Positions 56,676-64,000 of a stretch of 64,000 nt of DNA are shown here, piece by piece. The notes beneath the pieces are model-generated. The model was not told where the DNA came from. It worked only from the letters and a program-made list of their open reading frames with translations, and searched no databases. The number at the start of each line of letters is the position of its first letter. The stretch's first letter is position 1. The translations under genes and the position numbers were made by a program. The DNA comes from Saccostrea cucullata (taxonomy: Eukaryota), in assembly GCF_032062105.1 (NCBI RefSeq), contig NW_026938786.1, forward strand, positions 1-64,000, read 5' to 3'.

Positions 56676-58515
56676 GCAGTTGGTTAAGTCTTTCCAAACG
56701 TTTTTTCAGAGCTTCAGGAAATCGATTAGTGTACTAATTAATTTCGGCGAATGTATAATTTTTTTTTCATACCGTCTTAACTATTTGATTTCTTATAATT
56801 AGTGTACACATTTATTTACATGTAACCTATTTTGTCATGGTTACACTATTTGAATATGAATTTAAACACAACTTGATCTCGCTGTACTGACAGAGATGAC
56901 GTCAAAGACTAGTTTGACACGCAGTTTCTCTGTACTTGAGACGCACATAAAGCTATTTTTGCAACTTAAAAATATGAAAAATAAATCTATATAAGCATGA
57001 TTGGACTAAAACTGAGTCTGTAATGCTTTTGTCAATATTTTACAGTCGTATTAAATTGATAACGAATAGGTCTCTTATAAAGCTGCAGTCATGCACGTAA
57101 AACCATTACATGCACAACCCCTCGTGAACCTCAAAAGTTTAAAGATATCCGCTTAATTATAATTTATGATAGTTTATTCACATGAAGCTATTGACCATAC
57201 TATCTGAAAAGTGCATTATTTAAAGTGTTTAGTGTTAAAGCACGAAGTTTATCAACAGTTCATCAAAACATGGCTAAATTTTATACATTCTATATATTTC
57301 CCAGGCATCGGGAAGTTGATCCCAGTACTTTTCGGGATTTATAAGTGAAATATTTCCCGTATATCGTTAAACTTTTACGATTTTTGTATCCGTACATATT
57401 TTTTTCTAATTTTAACCATATCACAGGAGAAACAGCTGATGATTTTAAAACTGCTATTCATTAATAGGATACACGTAGAGATATAGACAAGAATTGAAAG
57501 AAAAAGTGAATCAAAGTTAATACTCACAATCAAGTAAATCCAGAGATATCGCATCTTGTCTTTCGTTCAGCTTCAAAACAGTTGATGAGGATCATCCCTC
57601 CTGATACCTACTTACATATCCCATAGCTCTAAAACATGAATATTATACAATATCACGATGTTTTCAACATTTCCAATCAGAATTTCTGAAATGAGCATCA
57701 AATGTTTAAAAATGGATTGCACGTTTTGCCAATAAGTGATCTTATGTTACCATTGTAAACTATCTGTTTCTGCGTTTCTGTTCAAAATATCTTACAAAGA
57801 ACAATCGAAAAATCTGATGTTCTTCCAATAATCATGATTCAATTCAAACAAAAATATTAATGTTTCACACCTTGCATTTTTTCCATGTACCTATAGGATA
57901 AATGGAGTTTAATTTGGTATGCCGAAATTAAATTTTATCTCATTTAAATTTTGTGATTTTAAATTGTCGGTTTTAGTCATAAGTTCTTTGTAAAATAAAA
58001 AAGTTGTGGTCAGAAATAAATCTTGCTTTTAGTCGAAACTTTTTTGTAAATCGTGCATCTGGACTTTATTCCTCTCTGACATATTGTCTTGCTTTTCTTC
58101 TAAGAAAAAAATCAAGAATTCCCTGTATACAATAGCTTTGATGGAACGTATTGGATTGTAAATGGTTTTAAAAATAGTCATTGACTATAAAAAATTTTAT
58201 TTGTTTAAAACATTTCATCTGATCTTGCTTTTCTGGCAACAAATGATAATTTAAAATTTAGGACTGTAGTTCTATTACTGTTATGACATTTTTTTAAAAA
58301 ATTTGTTTCCCATTCAAAGTTTTTGCGATACTGCACTGTCACTGTCAGTACAACTACAAGCAAGAGGGTTGGCGGTGAAGAAAGATTTAGGGGAAAAGAA
58401 AAGATCCGCGAAATATAAAGCAAAATCTCTCTCTCTCTCTCTCTTTGTTTTATATTATATTTATACTTAAATCATAAAATCAAGGAGTAGTACTTTTTTC
58501 TTGAAACCTTTTTTA

Positions 58516-58830
58516 AGGGCAGACGAGACGTTCCTTAATAATATGTAAAAATCTCCAAGAGTTTTTAATTGAAGTATTGCTACATAAAGATGTTTACTCA
58601 CAAAAAATTGAGGTACCTTACCAGGCATTTCTGCAAGATACTAGAGGTAGTTTTTCTTATTCAATCTTTTTGGCAGGAAAAATAATTTTCGAATTTCAAA
58701 CGTTTAAGTGTTTGGATATTTTAAAAACGTTTAAACTGGTTAAGAAATCAAAATGTTATTAAAATTTTAAATATTTTTATACATTACGAAGATATACAAT
58801 ACAGATTTTGAGGAACGTCTCGTCTGACCT
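58516..58830. mobile_element. TTAA-type (Kolobok-like) MITE
   Basis: AGGGCAGACGAGACGTTCCT ... AGGAACGTCTCGTCTGACCT|TTAA. Confidence 0.8.
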
Positions 58831-59090
58831 TTAATTCATGCAAGAAATCAAGTTATCTCATACGTGTTGGTGATACAGGCCGTTGGATGAAATTATGCTT
58901 TATCAACGGGTAGATGCTTTATCAATAGCACTTCCGGTTTTGACACGATCCCTCGCTTCAAGATTTTATTTGAAACTTTTATTTGTGATGGTTATTATTG
59001 CCCTAATAAAATGAATGATAAAGAGCGATAATATCTTTAAAAACCAGAAAAAGACTGGCATATGTCAAAGAAGTGTCTTAATTATTTTAT

Positions 59091-60420
59091 AATAATAATA
59101 ATATAATAATAATAATGCTTTATTTAAAGAAGGTAACCCGATTAGTGCACGCACTATTCTTCCCCGGGGCCTTCTATAGACAAAATATCAACCTACATAC
59201 ATACATATATATAAATATACAAAATCAATAAATAATCATAAGCTATTTCTACATTGTTTTACAATTTTTTTGACTTGATACTTGAAAGCATTGAGTGTTT
59301 GAGACATTTCATATGTACAGGTAAATTATTCCATGAGATAGCACCAGAGTATTGAAAGGAGTTCTCAAAGGGTTTACATTTATGAGATGGTACAGAGAGG
59401 TCTAAATTAGATTCAGATCGAAGATTGTATCGATTATTACACTGGAAGTCAAACATACTATTTAGATAAGTAGGGTGAGAGTTGAACAATGATTTATATA
59501 ACAAAACATATTTATTTACAATAAGTTGCTTATACACTGTGAGCCAATCTAGTTTCTCAAAGAGAGGTTGTGAGGGCGCATCAGGAGGAGCATCTAAAAT
59601 ACATCTTGCAGCACGTTTTTGAAGCTTATATACTCTGTCAAGATTTGAGTGAGATGTATTACCCCAAACAGTTAAACAATAATCAATTGAAGGCATAATA
59701 TATGCATTGTAAAACAGTTTGCGTGTTTGAATAGGAAGAAACTTTTTAATTCTACGGAGGGCAGAAATCTTACGTGACAGTGTTTTACAAACATGGTCAA
59801 TGTGTACATTGTATTGTAAAGAATTATCTAAATAAACTCCAAGAATTTTTTTCATTTGATACAAAATCAAGTTTTCTGTTAGATACAGATTAATTTCATG
59901 CTCAGAAAAATTTGATCTCTTTTGATGCGTACCAACTAACATGCATTTAGTTTTTGTAGCATTTAGAACCATTTGATTTTGAGAACACCATTTTTCTATA
60001 AAAGCTATATCCGTTGATAACGTATCTACAATAGTTTGATAATCTTTACTTGATGCATGTAAAGTGGCATCATCTGCAAATAAGTCTAATTTGGATTTTG
60101 TAATACATAAGGGAAGATCATTAATGTAAAATAAAAAACAGAAGAGGACCTAGAATAGATCCCTGTGGAACTCCCGCTGTGACTTGCTGATAAGATGAAT
60201 GTTTGTTTGACAGATGTACACTTTGAAGTCTTTCACTTAAATATGATCTGAACCATTGTAAAGTTATTGCGTCAAAGTTATAACATTGTAGTTTTTTAAG
60301 TAGAATATCATGATTGACAAGGTCAAAAGCTTTACTGAAATCAAGAAAAACAGTACCAACAAGTTTACCTTGGTCCATTTCATTTAGCCATTCATCTGTA
60401 ATTTTTGTAAGGGCCAAAAG
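59091..60420 (-). mobile_element. 5'-truncated L2/CR1-group LINE (RT half, 3' stem-loop, (ATT)n tail)
   Basis: FLDFSKAFD, GVPQGSILGPLLF, a frameshift, then INDLP..LFADD, LNATKTK, LQKRAAR, WNNLP. Stem-loop at 59129-59174 followed by AATAAA and ATT repeats. Confidence 0.9.
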
Positions 60421-61007
60421 TATCCAAAATAGATTTGAACAGATTTGTATTTTCATTCAGATTAATCGATTCCATTATTTATCATGATTAACAGCATAGG
60501 TAATCATCAAGGAACCTGTGTTGGCTACTTGAAGACAGATCTATATATGTTACCCCCCCCCCCCCCCTTTAAATCGTTTTCGGAGAAAGTAAAGCCTAGC
60601 AGTTAAGTTGTTGTTATAAGATTTCTTTAACATGTTCAATAAGACTTTTGTATATTTTATGCTACGTATGCCTACCTAGTAATGTAGGTGTAACTTACCA
60701 TGGACCAACAATGAATCTACAAGTGGGTCCCTAGCTTTGCCTATCACGTTCTTTACTGCCATTGTCCAAAGAGTTCATTTTCATGATCCAATGGTCCTTA
60801 TAAATTTCAGTCAGAAATCCTTTTGATGTAAAGCTCCAGCAATTGTCACATAATGCTTTCAAAGATTGAACACGATCTACTTTCTTTCGTGGTATGTCAT
60901 AACATCAACGGTGCTACGTCATCAAATTGTATGTCATCAATTTGAATTAGCAATCATTCATGTAGTTTGGCAGAGGAAGTCTCAAAGTTTTGTTAAACGA
61001 AAGTCGT

Positions 61008-61438
61008 ATGAGATAAATATAGGATCTCCCATGATTTGTAGTTGGATATGATTTTTATCCAACGAGTTGTGTGATTTTTATCCCCGAGCCTTGGCGAGGG
61101 GATAAAAACACACAACGAGTTGGATAAAAATCATATTCAACTACAAAACATGGGAGATTCTTTTTATCCCATGTTTAATACTTCACAACCGATGTTTAAC
61201 ACTGTTTTATATAGGACTCTGCTATATTTTACTTCCTCACGCTAACGCAAAAATCATTGTGACGTCATAACTGTGGGATATGAAAACGATATCCCATGCG
61301 CTATATCCACGGGATAAAGGTGTAAACATAGGATGAATAGAACATCTATAATTGTGTGATTTGATATTGGCTTTATCTAACTCGTTGGATAAAGCCAATA
61401 TCAAATCACACAATTATAGATATCCTCTATTTATCATG
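61008..61438. repeat. Double-hairpin non-autonomous element (hairpins 61008-61172 and 61344-61421)
   Basis: ~75-bp arms around CGAGCCTTGGCG; second hairpin has a perfect 34-bp stem. Confidence 0.85.
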
Positions 61439-61439
61439 T

Positions 61440-61680
61440 ACATGACCGACATTTTTCAATTTAATTGTTAAGTCTTAATTTACACATCAAATTGTCGACA
61501 GATTTTTTCCGTTATTGCTCAGTCATGACAAGGTTCGTATGTGACCGGTCGGCAGGGGACGCTCACTCCTCCATGTCACCTGATCCCATTCTGATGTTTT
61601 GGAGGTCCGTGTATTCCCTGCTGTTATTTTGTATTGTGTTATGGACTTTTGAGCTTGAATACTGTTCGTTATCCCACATT
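61440..61680 (+). mobile_element. Older Penelope-like 3'-end fragment
   Basis: GTGACCGGTCGGCAGGGGACGCTCACTCCTCCATG block shared with 7707-7741. Confidence 0.8.
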
Positions 61681-62131
61681 TTTTATTTCAAGAAATTCTA
61701 TTGTAATGTATATTACTTGTATTATAAATAAAGTGTTGTTGGACATTTTCGGTTGGGTGTACATTTACCAGATAGCGAATATGCATCTACAGTATGGAGC
61801 CAATATGCACTAAAAATTGGGTAGTATTTTAAACTACTTTTTATACCTAGAAACGAATGTCGTCAAATGTTGCCAAGGGCTTTTTTACTTTTAAAACATT
61901 TTATGAATAAAGTTTCCAAACCTCCAAAATGTGCATTAATACAAAGAAGGGTGGAAGGAGGATTTTAAGTGGGAAAGGCGAGCTGCTAAAGGGGGAGAGG
62001 CTCCTTGAGAATCCCGATAAAGCTTCTGAAAGCTTTTGAATGTTAAAATTTTAGTTAGTCAAAAATGAAGTCATCTGAAAGGACACTTTTAATATTTCTT
62101 GTCGTCATAATTAGAAAAATTATTAAAAATA

Positions 62132-62795
62132 GAACTAGAGCCGAGCTCGTTGCAAAGCAACGAATAGGTCTTTCGTTGGAGCTACGAACTAGAAGACGTA
62201 ACCTTGCGTCGAGGTCAAAAGCCACATACTAAAGATATACAAGTAAAAAACCTTGTAAGAGAAGCAACTTACAATGTTTCGCTAGGAAAAAGATTGTAAA
62301 GGAATACTAGTATGTGTGACCTTGATCTTTCCAATTGACCTTGTGCTAAGCAAGAACTAACTCTCTCTCGTTAGAGCTAAAATTGAGAGAAAAAGAGTTA
62401 GGTCAAGGTCAAAAGAAAGGCCAAGTTCAAAAATGGTGATGCCATGAAATAGCTCTCATCAGTATGCATCAACATGTGAAGTTTGATAACACCTGCCACC
62501 AATTTGAATGGTATGTTTAAAGCTGAGCTAAACACTAATTTAAGAAAAGTTAGGTATATACATGTATATAAAGTCAAGTTTAAAAAAATGTTAATGCAAT
62601 TGCATAACTCAAATTAATTTCTATCAGTATATAAAGATTGATAAAAATATCTTGGATAGTTTGTTTGAAACTAAGTTTTGAACTGAGATAAATGCAAAGA
62701 GTGACAGAAGGAGAGACAGAAGGACAGACAGTAGGAAGGATGGAAGACGTCCGACAAACACCAAATGCCTTGGCCATATTCATGGCAGGGCATAA
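62132..62795 (+). mobile_element. HINE-like element; its 5' end occurs inverted at about 15750-15792
   Basis: AACTAGAG..CTCGTTGC..GCAACGA start, TGACCTTG/CAAGGTCA motifs, ACAG/AGG microsatellite and a 3' hairpin. Confidence 0.6.
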
Positions 62796-62837
62796 CATGT
62801 CATGTATGATTATTGGTTTACATAAAAATAGGTCGTA

Positions 62838-63357
62838 CAATGAAGCGCATTGAAGTGGTAAAATTGTCCGTTTGGATGAAAAGTTCTGAGTCATGCTTTG
62901 AACGTCAATTATAATATAATGACATATTTTTAGAAACAAGAAAGAAATATTCGTCGTAATGTTTTAGGACACCCCACTCTTCGCGACAAACAACATGAGT
63001 TACACTGAAATGGACCATTAAAAAATTGGAAGAAAGAAATAGAGACTTCCCGCTTCTCTAAAACTCATATTGCAACGAATATGAACATATTTTTGAAGTT
63101 ATCATGTCTATTGAAGTTACCACAACACATGTTTCGGTCGAACACGCGTTTACTTGGTGTTTTTTTTTAGACCGTCAATTTGATTGGCTACTATATTTAT
63201 GGAAAAACCTGTTCTACAGGTATTCGGATAAACAGATTGACCGTTTTATCAATTTCTAAAGAAATGGGCGTGTCATAAGATGACAATAAACGTTATAAAG
63301 ATAGCTCAAAACGTTCCATTCGAACGGAAAATTTTACCACTTCAATGCGCTTCATTG
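62838..63357. mobile_element. TA-flanked MITE with perfect 28-bp TIRs
   Basis: TA|CAATGAAGCGCATTGAAGTGGTAAAATT ... AATTTTACCACTTCAATGCGCTTCATTG|TA. Confidence 0.85.
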
Positions 63358-64000
63358 TAACTTTCAGTCTCGGAATTCAACCCCTAACCTACATGTAAAC
63401 ATGCATGTACAAAAAGAAATCAACTGACTGACATTCTCTGCTTAGAAGGAAGACATTGTTTTCATTTTAAGGGATGGGGTACTTATAGTGATGAGAGGAA
63501 TTTCACAACCTGTCGGTCCATGAAACATTATTTTGGAATGTCTGTATACAGCTGCGTGGCTTTTCTTAGAATGAAATTAGTATTTTTTGAAATATCTAAA
63601 TAATTCTTTTATTGACGCCGTGATATATTTGATAGGCTGTATAATAGCTGTTCGGATAAAGTGCTGTTTGAAGTTCAACACCTTTCTTTTAATATAGCCA
63701 AAGGTTCTAGTGTCTCTTTTCCGTATAGTCGAAATGCATAGGAGAAAGAAAAAAAACGTATGGAGTCGTTCAAAAACAAATTAATGAGTTGTGTTTTTCA
63801 TCTACACAGACACTTTTTTCTTCTGGTTTTCTTTTTTTGTGAATTGCCGTTTATTTTCTTTACAAGCTTGTGTTCATACCGCTGTTCATACGCGCTACCA
63901 ATGTGAGAGGAGAAAACAAGACATCGTCAAGCAACAATGACTGACCAGATGGACGTTTATATACACTGTCATCATTATACAACCAAATATCAGAGCGAAT

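Overview
AT-rich, intron-containing animal DNA. The repeat families and genes point to a bivalve mollusc, probably an oyster (inference). The window is a minus-strand tandem cluster of fibrinogen-related (FReD) lectin genes buried in mobile DNA. Paralog A (49217-54700) is an intact 5-exon gene: signal peptide, PAN/apple-like Cys module and FReD, about 315 aa. Paralog B (16543-17600) is an orphan pair of intact 3' exons. Paralog C (1192-10771) is a pseudogene whose 3' exons lie off the left edge. Two near-complete elements stand out. (1) A 4.95-kb DIRS1-type tyrosine-recombinase retrotransposon (18235-23187) has identical 145-bp ITRs and an ICR that spells the circle junction; one nonsense codon removes the likely catalytic Tyr of its recombinase. 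(2) A 7.5-kb ISL2EU-type DNA transposon (38492-46033) has two convergent spliced genes: a THAP-DDE transposase with one homopolymer frameshift, and an intact 8-exon SAP-like/SWIM/YqaJ-exonuclease gene. Both genes start just inside a shared promoter-like block within the TIRs. Paralogous copies of the same FReD intron were hit about 10 bp apart by two unrelated retroelements (DIRS and Penelope). The rest is Penelope-like and L2/CR1-group fragments, a decayed mariner, many MITEs, Helentron-type satellite elements and minisatellites. Exon structures and repeat boundaries were read by eye; no database searches were run.
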